A DNA stretch of 64,000 nucleotides from Candidatus Latescibacterota bacterium (lineage in GTDB: Bacteria; Latescibacterota; UBA2968; UBA8231). A program made the translations under genes and the position numbers. The notes under the pieces were generated by a model, which was not told the DNA's origin, made no database searches, and was given only the letters and a program-made list of their open reading frames with translations. Below are positions 1-9,360 of the stretch, piece by piece; position 1 is the stretch's first letter, and each line of letters begins with the position of its first letter. Location of the stretch: the NCBI GenBank assembly GCA_965221775.1, contig CBDCSU010000005.1, positions 768,001-832,000 of the forward strand. Direction: 5' to 3'.

Positions 1-209
1 TCCTTTAGCCAGTCGACCAATGGATCCGGTCGGTCTTCTGGCGGCGGGGGCAGCATGACCTCTTCAAAGAACTCTTGCGGGATCTTGATCCGGCCGCGGG
101 TGCCCATCTCCAGCAACCAATCCCAGAACTCAGGGACTCTCTCAATGGGGTAGTAATCGCGATTTGCATCAATGAGCACATTGGCGTCCAGGAGGTAGAG
201 CACGGGCAT
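1..209 (-). CDS. DUF4411-family PIN-like nuclease (5' part; runs off window)
   Basis: Hand translation from ATG 209 gives MPVLYLLDANVLIDANRDYYPIERVPEFWDWLLEMG..., the PIN-type YLLDANVLI plus FWDWL pattern. It starts 3 nt after the ImmA gene stop and is absent from the ORF track. Confidence 0.8.
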   Translation of the reverse strand, partial: MPVLYLLDANVLIDANRDYYPIERVPEFWDWLLEMGTRGRIKIPQEFFEEVMLPPPPEDRPDPLVDWLK

Positions 210-212
210 TCT

Positions 213-1406
213 CTACCGTGCACGACCTGCGTCCAGCAGTGATTGAACCTGCCTGGGCTTGACCCCCAAGACCTGTGCCGCCTTGGAAGTCGACAGAGTA
301 TCCGCCGCCATCATGCGCTCCGCCAGCCCGATGATCCGATGGCCCAGGCGATGGCGGCGCACTCTGTAGTAGCTTGGCCCACTCTCCTGCTCGCGTGCCT
401 GTGCCCGGCGCCTTTCCCGCTCTCCATGCCATGCTTGGCGGAAAAGGCCAGCCAACTGGTGGTAGGTCGCCTGAGAGATCAGCTCATGGCGATATGCTTT
501 GTAGGCAACCATAGCGCTGCTCACTTTCATCTGGATTGCAAGCGCTGTGATTTGTTCTGAGATCTGGCGAATGTCGAAGTGACTGTCGAGGGCGAGCCCC
601 TTCAGCTCTCGTTCAGGTAGCAGGAACTCCCCGGCCACATCGTTGCAGAACCGCTCCACCTCGCTTTCCGCATTACTACCGCTGATCCCTGTATGACCGA
701 GCAGGAGGTGGACGGTCTCGTGCAACAGGGTGAAGGACCAGGCAGGTTGTGCATCGCGATCATTGATCACAACGAAAGGAGCCACTTCGTCCGCTATGGA
801 GAATCCTCGAAAGACCGTCGTATCCAACGCCGTCTTGTAGTTTCCCAAGTCCCCCTTGAGCAGGACAAATACCCCTGCATCCTCTGCCTTCCCGCGCAAC
901 AAGCCGAAAGCGGCCGACGCACTCGACTGGGCGCGATAGTCCGTCGCATCGAGGCCCAGTAGCGCCTGCAATGACCTCAAGACTGCTGCGCGGCCATCTT
1001 CCCTGCGGTGAGAGCCGATGAAGGCCAGCGCCTCCGCTTCATCTTCATCCTCCAGCATGACGCGAACCATGCTCTGACGTGCCCGGATCTCCCGGATCAA
1101 CGCGTCCAGCCGCGCCTCATCCGACCTTCGATCGCCTTGGTGCAGGGTGCGAAAGTCCACTCCCCGCTTACCCATCTTCGGTGGTTTGGAGAGGTAGAAC
1201 GTGAGCAACGGACGGCGGTACTGTCCCGCCATCCTGACCACTTGGGGGCGGGAAGGCTCCTTCTCTCCCTGCTCGATCCGGGCAAGCTTCTCTACCGCGG
1301 ACGATCTGGGGCTGTCTCGGAAGCGCAGTTGCCTTGCCGCCTCCTCCTGGGTAAGGCCGGCCGTCTCGCGGGCCCAGATCATGATGGCGGGGTTGACCCT
1401 TGGCAT
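213..1406 (-). CDS. XRE-HTH plus ImmA/IrrE-family zinc metallopeptidase
   Basis: N-terminal HTH (WARETAGLTQEEAA...LARIEQGEKEPS), DFRTL linker, FTLLHETVH (HExxH) and EVERFCNDVAGEFLLP. Confidence 0.88.
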   Translation of the reverse strand: MPRVNPAIMIWARETAGLTQEEAARQLRFRDSPRSSAVEKLARIEQGEKEPSRPQVVRMAGQYRRPLLTFYLSKPPKMGKRGVDFRTLHQGDRRSDEARLDALIREIRARQSMVRVMLEDEDEAEALAFIGSHRREDGRAAVLRSLQALLGLDATDYRAQSSASAAFGLLRGKAEDAGVFVLLKGDLGNYKTALDTTVFRGFSIADEVAPFVVINDRDAQPAWSFTLLHETVHLLLGHTGISGSNAESEVERFCNDVAGEFLLPERELKGLALDSHFDIRQISEQITALAIQMKVSSAMVAYKAYRHELISQATYHQLAGLFRQAWHGERERRRAQAREQESGPSYYRVRRHRLGHRIIGLAERMMAADTLSTSKAAQVLGVKPRQVQSLLDAGRAR

Positions 1407-1517
1407 CGTTCTGCAGTCCTCGTTCTTGTCCGGGTTGATCAGGCTATCAGGAAGCTATGCCACCTCTTGCACCGGCGCACTGCCCTTTCGGGCGTCCAAG
1501 TCGAGCAGCGGCCCCCC

Positions 1518-2498
1518 TCAACTATCCAGCACCCGGTCCTGCCCCGCCGAGGCCTCGTCCAGCCGCCCCCGCTCCTCCGGGGTGATCGACCAGCCCACGG
1601 CGCCGGCGTTCTCCTCCATGTGGGCCGCCGTGTCGCCGCCGGTGATGGCGGCCGTCACCTCGGGATGGGAGAGGACCCAGTTGATCGCCGTCTGCGCCAC
1701 GGTGCGGCCGTGGGCGTCGGCGACCTGACGCAGGATCGCCAGGGTCCGGTGCGCCGCCTCGTTGAGGTGCTTCTCCAGGTTTCCGGCGCGGCCGCTGGCG
1801 TAGAGGGTGCCCTCCGGCGGCGGCTGCCCGGGGGTGTACACACCCGAGAGCAGCCCCACGCCCAAGGGGCTGTAGGTCATGACCCCGAAGCCCTGGTCGC
1901 GCTGCGCCGGCCACATCTCGCGCTCCAGGTCGCGGTTGAGGAGGTTGTAGGGGTTCTGGATGCAGAGCAGGGGATCGAGGCCGAGGCGATCCTGGGTCCA
2001 CAGCGCCTTGAGCACCTGCCACGTCTGGAAGTTGGAGACGCCCATGTAGCGGGTCTTGCCGGCGCGCACCACGTCGTCGATGGCGCGCAATGTCTCCTCA
2101 AGGGGGGTGTCGTCGTCGTACACGTGCAGGATGTAGATGTCGATGTGATCGGTCTCGAGGCGGGCCAGGGTGCGGTCGATCTCGCGCATGATGTGGTAAC
2201 GCGACAGGCCGGCGTCGTTCGGCCCGTCATCGATGCGGCTGGCCACCTTCGAGGTGACCACGAGGTCGTCGCGGTGGCGCTTGAGGACCCGCGCCAGGAC
2301 CTGCTCCGACGTGCCGCGGGTCTCGTACACGTCGCCGAAGCCGTAGGCGTTGGCGCAGTCGATGAAGTTGATCCCCAGCTCGACGGCGCGCTCGATGGCG
2401 CGCTCGGCCTCGCCGGGGTCCGTCTGCCCGCGCAGGCCCAGGCCGTAGGCCAGGCGCGACACCTTCAGGCCGGAACGGCCGAAATTCACGTATTCCAT
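1518..2498 (-). CDS. Aldo/keto reductase (copy B)
   Basis: MEYVNFGRSGLKVSRL, IDCANAY, TSKV, YILH, GVSNF and YSPLGVGLLSG. RBS AGGAGGAG precedes ATG 2498. Confidence 0.92.
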   Translation of the reverse strand: MEYVNFGRSGLKVSRLAYGLGLRGQTDPGEAERAIERAVELGINFIDCANAYGFGDVYETRGTSEQVLARVLKRHRDDLVVTSKVASRIDDGPNDAGLSRYHIMREIDRTLARLETDHIDIYILHVYDDDTPLEETLRAIDDVVRAGKTRYMGVSNFQTWQVLKALWTQDRLGLDPLLCIQNPYNLLNRDLEREMWPAQRDQGFGVMTYSPLGVGLLSGVYTPGQPPPEGTLYASGRAGNLEKHLNEAAHRTLAILRQVADAHGRTVAQTAINWVLSHPEVTAAITGGDTAAHMEENAGAVGWSITPEERGRLDEASAGQDRVLDS

Positions 2499-3502
2499 GC
2501 TCTCCTCCTGGGATTGTCGTGGAACGCTGTCGGTCCGGGATGCTGTCCGACCGAGGCCTCGTCGAGGCGGGCCCGGTCCTCCGCCGTGATCGACCAGCCT
2601 GCGGCGCCGGCGTTCTCCTCCACGTGGGCCGCCGTGTCGCCGCCGGTGACGGCCGCCGTCACCTCGGGGTGGGAGAGGACCCAGTTGATCGCCGTCTGCG
2701 CCACGGTGCGGCCGTGGGCGTCGGCGACCTCCCGCAGGACCCTTAGCGTCCGGCGCGCCGCCTCGCGGAAGTCCTTCTCCGGGTCTCCGGCGCGGCCCCT
2801 GGCGTACAGGATCCCGGTCGGCGGCGGATGGTCCGGGGTATACGCACCGGAGAGCAGACCCACCGCCAAGGGGCTGTGGGTCATGACCCCGAAGCCCTGG
2901 GCACGCTGCGCCGGCCACATCTCGCGCTCCAAGTCGCGGTTGAGAAGATGGTAGCGGTTCTGGATGCAGAGCAGGGGATCGAGCCCGAGTCGGTCCTGGG
3001 TCCACAGCGCCTTGAGCACCTGCCAGGCCTGGAAGTTGGAGACGCCCATGTAGCGGGTCTTGCCGGCGCGCACGACATCGTCGATGGCGCGCAGCGTCTC
3101 CTCGAGAGGGGTCTGGTCGTCGTAGGCGTGCAGGATGTAGATGTCGATTTGATCGGTCTCGAGGCGGGAGAGGGTGCGGTCGATCTCGCGCAGGATGTGA
3201 TGGCGCGACAGGCCGCCGTCGTTCGGCCCCTCGCCGATGCGGCCGGCCACCTTCGAGGTGATCACGAGGTCGTCGCGGTGACGCTTGAGGACCCGCGCCA
3301 GGACCTGCTCGGAGGTGCCGCGGACCTTGTGCTCGTCCCCGAGGCCGTAGACGTTGGCGCAGTCGATGAAGTTGATCCCCAGCTCGACGGCGCACTCGAT
3401 GGCGCGCTCGGCCTCGCCGGCGTCGTCCTGCCCGCGAAAACCCAGGCCGCAGGCCAGACGCGACACCTTCAGGCCGGAACGGCCGAACTCGACGTATTCC
3501 AT
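2486..3502 (-). CDS. Aldo/keto reductase (copy A, tandem paralog)
   Basis: Same AKR motifs as copy B and collinear with it along the whole length. Confidence 0.92.
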   Translation of the reverse strand: MEYVEFGRSGLKVSRLACGLGFRGQDDAGEAERAIECAVELGINFIDCANVYGLGDEHKVRGTSEQVLARVLKRHRDDLVITSKVAGRIGEGPNDGGLSRHHILREIDRTLSRLETDQIDIYILHAYDDQTPLEETLRAIDDVVRAGKTRYMGVSNFQAWQVLKALWTQDRLGLDPLLCIQNRYHLLNRDLEREMWPAQRAQGFGVMTHSPLAVGLLSGAYTPDHPPPTGILYARGRAGDPEKDFREAARRTLRVLREVADAHGRTVAQTAINWVLSHPEVTAAVTGGDTAAHVEENAGAAGWSITAEDRARLDEASVGQHPGPTAFHDNPRRRAWNT

Positions 3503-3667
3503 GCCTCTCCCGGGGCCACTCGCCGCCCCCAGCCGGGCGCAAACCGATTCGGCTACTGGTAGTCCGCGCCGGGAGCCGGGTCAACTCCCGGTGCGGCCGC
3601 GGGCCGATGGACCGGCTCGCGGGCGTCCGATTAGATTGGGCGGGCGCTTGGCCACAGAGGATCCGCC

Positions 3668-4318
3668 ATGGAACAAGGCACGAACGAGCATCCGGGCCTC
3701 GGCCTCGCCGGCCGGATGATCCGCACCTTCACCGCCCCGGGCGCGACCTTCGCCTCGGTCCGGGAGCGATCCGGATGGCTGGACTGGTTCGCGCCGACCC
3801 TGATCGTCGTCGCCGCGGAGGTGGCCCACCTGGCTGCCCGCGTACCGACGGAATACATGGGCGCCTGGTTGGAAATGGCGCCGGCCTTCCTGATGCAGGC
3901 TGTCAACCCCTTCCTGCACCTCTTCATCGCCGGAGCGGTCCTGCTCCTGGTAGCCAACTTCATCCTCGGCGGCGGGGCCACCTATGGCCGGATGCTGGCG
4001 GTGACCGCCTATGCCTCCTTGGTGAACGCGGCCGATCGGATCGTGACCGGGCTCCTGGCCCTGGTGACGGGTACCCAGGTCTCCATCGGGCTAAGGCCCT
4101 TGCTCCCCGACGGGATGCGCGACACCCTCGCTGGCCTCTTGCTGGGCATTGTGGACGTCTTCGGGCTCTGGCAGATCCTGGTCACGGCCATCGGCACCGG
4201 CGTCATGGCCGGCTGCTCCACGCGCCGGGCGCTGGTCCCCGTGCTGATCCTGTGGGCGCTCTGGAGTATTCTGCTGGTGGCCGCCTTGTCAGCGCTCAAG
4301 GCGTCGATGGGACGGTGA
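3668..4318 (+). CDS. Yip1-family membrane protein (copy A)
   Basis: Multiple hydrophobic segments, FTAPGATF start and LGGGATYGRMLAVTAYASL, typical of bacterial Yip1. Confidence 0.75.
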   Translation: MEQGTNEHPGLGLAGRMIRTFTAPGATFASVRERSGWLDWFAPTLIVVAAEVAHLAARVPTEYMGAWLEMAPAFLMQAVNPFLHLFIAGAVLLLVANFILGGGATYGRMLAVTAYASLVNAADRIVTGLLALVTGTQVSIGLRPLLPDGMRDTLAGLLLGIVDVFGLWQILVTAIGTGVMAGCSTRRALVPVLILWALWSILLVAALSALKASMGR

Positions 4319-4369
4319 GAGCGGAGCCGCTCGCCGGGCTCTCACACTCTTCGAGAAGAGAGGACAGAA

Positions 4370-5086
4370 ATGGAATCGCGCATGTACGATGATCCGGCCA
4401 TCGGCATCGCCGGCCGGATGATTCGAACCCTCACCGCCCCCGGCCGGACTTTCGCCTCGGTCCGGGATCAGTCGACCTGGCGGGACTGGCTGATCCCGAC
4501 CCTCGTCGTGGTGGTGGCGGGCCTGGTGACCGGGATCCTGGCCCTGCCCGCGACCATGGAGGCCGGCTCGGAGATGTTGCAGGAGCGGTACGAAGAGATG
4601 ACCGAGGCGGAGCGGGCGATGGCGGAGCAGATGCACCAGGCGGCGCCGGGCATGGCCCTGGTGGCGGTTCCCGTCTTCTCCTTCCTGGTGCTCTTCTTCC
4701 TCGGAGGCGTCCTGCTCCTGCTGGCCAACCCCATCCTCGGCGGCGAGGCCAACTACGGCCAGATGCTGGCGGTGACCGCCTACGCTTCGCTGGTCAAGGT
4801 CGTCCAGGCGATCGTGACCTTGCCTTTTCTGCTGAAGACGGGGACCCTGCTGGTCATCGGCCCGGGCTTGTTCCTCTCCGAGGAGATGATCGCCACCTTC
4901 GCGGGACGTCTGTTGTCCGGGGTGGACCTCTTCACGTTCTGGCAGGTCCTGCTCATGGCCGTCGGCACCGGCGTCATGTCCGGCCGCTCCACGCGCAACG
5001 CACTGGTCCCGCTGCTGATGCTGTGGGCGGTGGTGCTCGTCGTCCAGGCCGGCCTCGGGGGCCTGTCGGACGCCATGCAGCCATGA
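4370..5086 (+). CDS. Yip1-family membrane protein (copy B)
   Basis: Paralog of 3668-4318 (LTAPGRTF, LGGEANYGQMLAVTAYASL, DLFTFW). Confidence 0.8.
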   Translation: MESRMYDDPAIGIAGRMIRTLTAPGRTFASVRDQSTWRDWLIPTLVVVVAGLVTGILALPATMEAGSEMLQERYEEMTEAERAMAEQMHQAAPGMALVAVPVFSFLVLFFLGGVLLLLANPILGGEANYGQMLAVTAYASLVKVVQAIVTLPFLLKTGTLLVIGPGLFLSEEMIATFAGRLLSGVDLFTFWQVLLMAVGTGVMSGRSTRNALVPLLMLWAVVLVVQAGLGGLSDAMQP

Positions 5087-5131
5087 CGGAGTTCGGGCCC
5101 TGTGGCCGGGCTCCGCTCGACTCCCGGCGGA

Positions 5132-6361
5132 TCACAGCCCCAGGGCGGCGTCGATCCCGGCCTGGTACTCGTACGCCTCGGCGCTCTCCACCTCGCTCAT
5201 GCTGACGGCGCGGCCGAGGACGCTCGACTCGAAGATGGCGTACACGGCGGCCACCGCCTTCATCCCTTCGGTGCCGTCCACCTCCACCGGCCGCCCGTGG
5301 AGGATCGCCTCGCCGAGCTCGTAGTACTCCAGGGCCAGCAGCTTCCAGTCGACGTCGGCCGTGGCCACGCCGTCGGGGAAGAAGTGGGCGGCCAGGGGCT
5401 CCAGCTCGAAGCCCTCGGCTTCGGCCACCAGTTGCTCCTGGCCCTTCTCCTCCTCGCCCGCCACCTGCAGGACGGCCCTGGCGCCGCGGCTGCCGAAGCT
5501 CCTGAGGGCGCCCTGGTCGCCGAGGATCGCCTGGCCGCCGCAGCCTCCGTGGCCGCCGAGGCCGACGACCCAGCTGACCATGGCGCCGCCGGCCATGCGC
5601 AGGGTCGCCATGGAGCTGTCCTCGGCCGTGGCGTGCACCTCCTCCTCCATCGCCGTGTGCCGCTGCCGGTAGAACTCGTAGGGGCTGTCGAGGCGGGCCG
5701 GCCGCCTGCGCACCGGCGTGGCCAGGCTGACCTGCCCGTGGACTTCCGCCACCTCGCCCAGCTGGTAACGGATCAGGTCGGTGTAGTGGACGGCCACGTC
5801 CAGCAGCAGGCCGCCGCGATCCTTGTCGTGCCGCCACGGCGTGATGAAGACCTCGCTGCCCGGGGACAGGGCGTGGTAGATGGCCATGTACGGACGGCCG
5901 ATGGCGCCGCGGTCCAGCAGGTGGCGCACGAGCCGCGCCGAGGGATCGCGCCGGAAGTTCTCGGCCACCGAGAGGATGCGGTCGTTGCGCCGCGCCGCCT
6001 CGATGATGCGGTGGCAGCCGCGGACGGTGATGGCCAGGGGCTTCTCCACCATGACGTGCAGCCCCAGGTCGAGGGCCTGACAGGCGACCGTGTGGTGGTC
6101 GCCGGGGTCGACGACGACGTCGACGGCGTGGAGGTCGGGGACCTCACGGACCATCCGCTCCAGGTCGGTGAAGACCCGCGGGCGAACGCCGAGGAGCTTC
6201 TCCGCCTCGCTGGCGGCCAGTTCCGCGTTCTCCGGGCGGATGTCGCATACGGCGGCCAGCTCGACGTTGGCGAAGGGGGTCTTCGCCAGCTCGGCGAGTC
6301 CGTAGAGGTGGCGGGTGCCCATGCCGCCGCAGCCGACGAGGGCGATTCGAATCCGGTCCAT
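5132..6361 (-). CDS. Gfo/Idh/MocA-family oxidoreductase
   Basis: IALVGCGGMG Rossmann motif, HVMVEKPLA, AENFR and GGLLLDVAVHYTD. Confidence 0.92.
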   Translation of the reverse strand: MDRIRIALVGCGGMGTRHLYGLAELAKTPFANVELAAVCDIRPENAELAASEAEKLLGVRPRVFTDLERMVREVPDLHAVDVVVDPGDHHTVACQALDLGLHVMVEKPLAITVRGCHRIIEAARRNDRILSVAENFRRDPSARLVRHLLDRGAIGRPYMAIYHALSPGSEVFITPWRHDKDRGGLLLDVAVHYTDLIRYQLGEVAEVHGQVSLATPVRRRPARLDSPYEFYRQRHTAMEEEVHATAEDSSMATLRMAGGAMVSWVVGLGGHGGCGGQAILGDQGALRSFGSRGARAVLQVAGEEEKGQEQLVAEAEGFELEPLAAHFFPDGVATADVDWKLLALEYYELGEAILHGRPVEVDGTEGMKAVAAVYAIFESSVLGRAVSMSEVESAEAYEYQAGIDAALGL

Positions 6362-6560
6362 GGGATCTCCGGGAATCCTTCGGGGCGCTGCCTTCTCGCG
6401 GGGCGTGCATGAAAGGCCCGGGTCCGGCGGCGGGCAAGCGCAGCGGCAAGGCTCCGGGGGGCCCGATCGGCTGCCTCCAGATCGCCCGGTTCAGCCGCAG
6501 ACCACCGGCGAGGACCCAACGGCGCGTGCGCCCGTCCATGCGCGGCAAGAGCCCGTCATC

Positions 6561-6713
6561 CGTAGGCAGCTCGCCTTGCGGCTGGAGACGCGCTGCACCC
6601 GCCACGGGGACCAGGGGTGGACGACGCCTCTCGCGGAGGTGGGCGTCACGGTGCCGGCGGTCCTGAAGGCCGGAGGCATCGGCCTGTCCTCGAGCCTGGC
6701 CTGGCACTTCTGA
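6561..6713 (+). pseudogene. Possible C-terminal remnant of an outer-membrane beta-barrel gene
   Basis: In-frame RRQLALRLETR...GIGLSSSLAWHF* has alternating beta-strand character and a terminal aromatic, but no credible start. Confidence 0.3.
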
Positions 6714-6747
6714 GAGCCGCGCCCCCGGGCCCGGCCGGGGCTTCCTG

Positions 6748-7569
6748 CTATCTCGCCTGGTGGCTCCGCGCCGCGCCGGGACCGGGAGCCGCGCGGCGCT
6801 CCCGCTCTGCGCGGATGACCTGCTCGACGATGCCGGCGTTGCCGGCCACCAGCGGCCCCGTCCGCGGGCAGGTCACGGGCGCGCCGTCGAAGGCGGCTGA
6901 GCAGCCGCCGGCCTCGCCCACGATGAGCAGGGCGGCGGCCATGTCCCAGGGGTCCAGGCGGTGGTGGAAGAACCCGCCGAGCCGTCCGGCGGCGACGTGG
7001 CACAGGGCCAGGGCCGCCGAGCCCGCCAGCCGCAGGGCCGCCACCCGGGGGCGCAGGGCCGACGCCAGGTCCATGCTGTGGCGGGCGGCCTCCTCGTCGT
7101 GGGCCAGGTCGAAGGCCAGCAGCGCCGCGGGCAGATCCCCGGCGCCGTCCACGGAGATGGGATTCCCGTTGCAGGTGGCGCCCTCGCCGCTCGACGCGGA
7201 GAACAGCTCGTCCCGCAACGGATCGTAGACCACGCCAGCCACCGGCCTCCGGCCCACCACGAGAGCCAGGCTCACGGAGATGTAGGGAAAGCCGTGGACC
7301 AGGTTCAGGGTGCCGTCCACGGGATCGACGACCCACGTGGGCGCGTCGGAGAGCGGATCGTTGACCGTCTCCTCGGTGAGGAAGCGGTGGTCGGGGAAGG
7401 CGGCGCCGACGCGGGCGCCGATGACGTCGTTGGCCTGCAGATCGAGGCCGGTGACGAAGTCGGCGCGGCCCTTGGTCTCGACCACGACGGCCTGGTGCAG
7501 GTTGTCGCGCAGCAGGGCCCCCGCCTCGAGCGCCGCGGACTCGGCCACTTGCCGGGGAGAGCCGCCCAT
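6748..7569 (-). CDS. Inositol monophosphatase family (SuhB-like)
   Basis: DFVT, FLTEE, WVVDPVDGTLNLVHG, GSAALALCHVAAG and WDMAAA. Start re-picked at ATG 7569. Confidence 0.92.
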   Translation of the reverse strand: MGGSPRQVAESAALEAGALLRDNLHQAVVVETKGRADFVTGLDLQANDVIGARVGAAFPDHRFLTEETVNDPLSDAPTWVVDPVDGTLNLVHGFPYISVSLALVVGRRPVAGVVYDPLRDELFSASSGEGATCNGNPISVDGAGDLPAALLAFDLAHDEEAARHSMDLASALRPRVAALRLAGSAALALCHVAAGRLGGFFHHRLDPWDMAAALLIVGEAGGCSAAFDGAPVTCPRTGPLVAGNAGIVEQVIRAERERRAAPGPGAARSHQAR

Positions 7570-7582
7570 CGAGCCCCGCCGC

Positions 7583-8242
7583 TCAGGGTCCGCCGAAGGT
7601 GAAGGAGAGAGCCATGCCGAAGTAGAAGTAGTAGTTGCCGTTCGAGTCGGTGAACAGTCCGATCTCCGGATGGACCGCCTGTCCCCGCGTCTCCTCATCG
7701 GGTGTCAACCGTAGTCCGAGATTGATCCCCGTGACGTACTCTGCCGGGTTGTCCACGCCGACGATGCCCCTCACGCCCAGGTTGAGATATTGCTCCGACT
7801 TGCCGAGGGGAATCGTGGCGATGAGAGAGGGGTGGACCTGGAAGGACTCGAGGACGTCGATGGACTCGACCTCACTGGGAAAGGGATCACTGAAGAACAC
7901 GCCCAAGGGCGAGAAAAAGGCCAGTCGATCCTCCACCAGGGAGATCTTGGGGTCGAAGGAGACGAACTGGTATCCGTCCTGGAGGTTGATGCGGCTTATC
8001 CGGCCGCCGATCTCGTACCTCTCCAGTCCGTGACGGACCTGCACGTCCACCACCGAGAACCCGTCGTGGTAGTCCCACTCATCCCCGTCGATGAAGGCCT
8101 GGCGGCTGATGCCTGGAGTGATCGATGTCTGCCCCGGGGCCAGCCGGTGGGCCGTCTGGTGCAGGGCGAAGGAATAGCAGCCCGAGAGAGGAAGGGCGAG
8201 GATCAGCGCGCCGGCCAGGAATCGCGCTCGCGTCTCCCGCAT
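7583..8242 (-). CDS. Hypothetical lipoprotein with beta-strand-rich (barrel-like) body
   Basis: Lipobox LPLSGC, C-terminal YFYFGMALSFTF strand, and TGATG overlap with the upstream gene. Confidence 0.6.
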   Translation of the reverse strand: MRETRARFLAGALILALPLSGCYSFALHQTAHRLAPGQTSITPGISRQAFIDGDEWDYHDGFSVVDVQVRHGLERYEIGGRISRINLQDGYQFVSFDPKISLVEDRLAFFSPLGVFFSDPFPSEVESIDVLESFQVHPSLIATIPLGKSEQYLNLGVRGIVGVDNPAEYVTGINLGLRLTPDEETRGQAVHPEIGLFTDSNGNYYFYFGMALSFTFGGP

Positions 8243-9279
8243 CACCAGGACAGCCTCAGACCGAAGGAGTGGACGTGACTCCCTGCGTAGAATTCCCCGT
8301 CGGGCAGCCGCACCGGCGCGTAGTCGAAGCGGACCTTCGCGGGAAGAAATCCGCTGTCCGGCGACAGGTTGATTCCGAGGCCATAGCGGTTTCGCAGCCC
8401 CTTGTCGTGGTACTCGATCCAGCCCGCTCGCAGGCAGAGCCAATGGGCGACGGTCAGCTCCAGACCGGCGCCCCCGCTGCCAGACTCGTAATGGAATTGC
8501 TCCTCGGGTGGATTGAAGTACCACCGGTACTCCCCGGCGAAGACGGTCCGCAGCGCCGGAAAGAGGCCCGCGGGGGGCCGGTCGACGGCGTACCGGAAAC
8601 CGGTCCGGAGATAGCGGGGAAGCGGCATCCTGCCATCGAACTCACGGCCATCGGAGGTGATCGTCCAAGTGTGGTCCGGTGCGAGATTCTGCAGCGCCAT
8701 GCCGATGGAGAGGCCGCCGAAAGGCCCGTCCGCGGATTCCCCGGCGTGGTACAGCACACCCAGATCGAAGGAGGGGACGTAGCTCGACTCGCGCTCGAGG
8801 TCCGTTCCCAGCGCATACCGGTTGAAGAACCCCACGGCCCCTCCCGCCGCCACATGCCCGCGGCAGGCGGCATAGGCCAAGGCCAGGGTCTGGTCGTAGA
8901 CCCGGAGTTCCCTGGAGTTGCCATGCTCTCTCCTGCCGAAGGAAAGGGCCGCCCCGCCCAAGGGAGCGGCGGAAGCCACTCCCAGACTCCACGCATGCAG
9001 GTCCTCGATTCCCAGATCTTTCTCGACCCCGTCGAAGGACCTGTAGCTGTAGAACAAACCCGGCCCCCGCAGGAAGGCGAGGTTGGCGGGATTGGAGGAG
9101 AAGGCCGCCGCCGGGTCCTCCGCATCGGCGACCGAGGACTCGCCCATCGCCAGGCTTCGAGGGTTGGTCACCGTGTCGAAGGAATGGGAGTTCGGGTCGC
9201 CCACGATCTGAGCATGGCCCCGGGCACCCGCGAGGAACAGAACCCAGAGGAGAACCGCTGTCCGCCCCGAAGGACTCAT
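8242..9279 (-). CDS. PorV/PorQ-like outer-membrane beta-barrel protein
   Basis: Signal peptide, NPRSLAMGESSVADAEDPAAAFSSNPANLAF, FDLGVLY, GMALQNL and terminal HSFGLRLSW. Confidence 0.7.
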   Translation of the reverse strand: MSPSGRTAVLLWVLFLAGARGHAQIVGDPNSHSFDTVTNPRSLAMGESSVADAEDPAAAFSSNPANLAFLRGPGLFYSYRSFDGVEKDLGIEDLHAWSLGVASAAPLGGAALSFGRREHGNSRELRVYDQTLALAYAACRGHVAAGGAVGFFNRYALGTDLERESSYVPSFDLGVLYHAGESADGPFGGLSIGMALQNLAPDHTWTITSDGREFDGRMPLPRYLRTGFRYAVDRPPAGLFPALRTVFAGEYRWYFNPPEEQFHYESGSGGAGLELTVAHWLCLRAGWIEYHDKGLRNRYGLGINLSPDSGFLPAKVRFDYAPVRLPDGEFYAGSHVHSFGLRLSW

Positions 9280-9360
9280 CCGCCATCCCGGACGGCGGGA
9301 AGGGCGGAGTCCACCGTCACGCCCACCGCGCCGTAATCCGCAACCGCGCTTCATGCGTGG

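Noticed and set aside
1518-3584. Apparent giant or fused ORFs in the track (1518-3584, 11018-14116, 21525-24251, 27620-29941, 56374-59625)
   Set aside because: Their 5' extensions are off-frame read-through over the upstream gene. True starts with an RBS or stop/start overlap lie internally.
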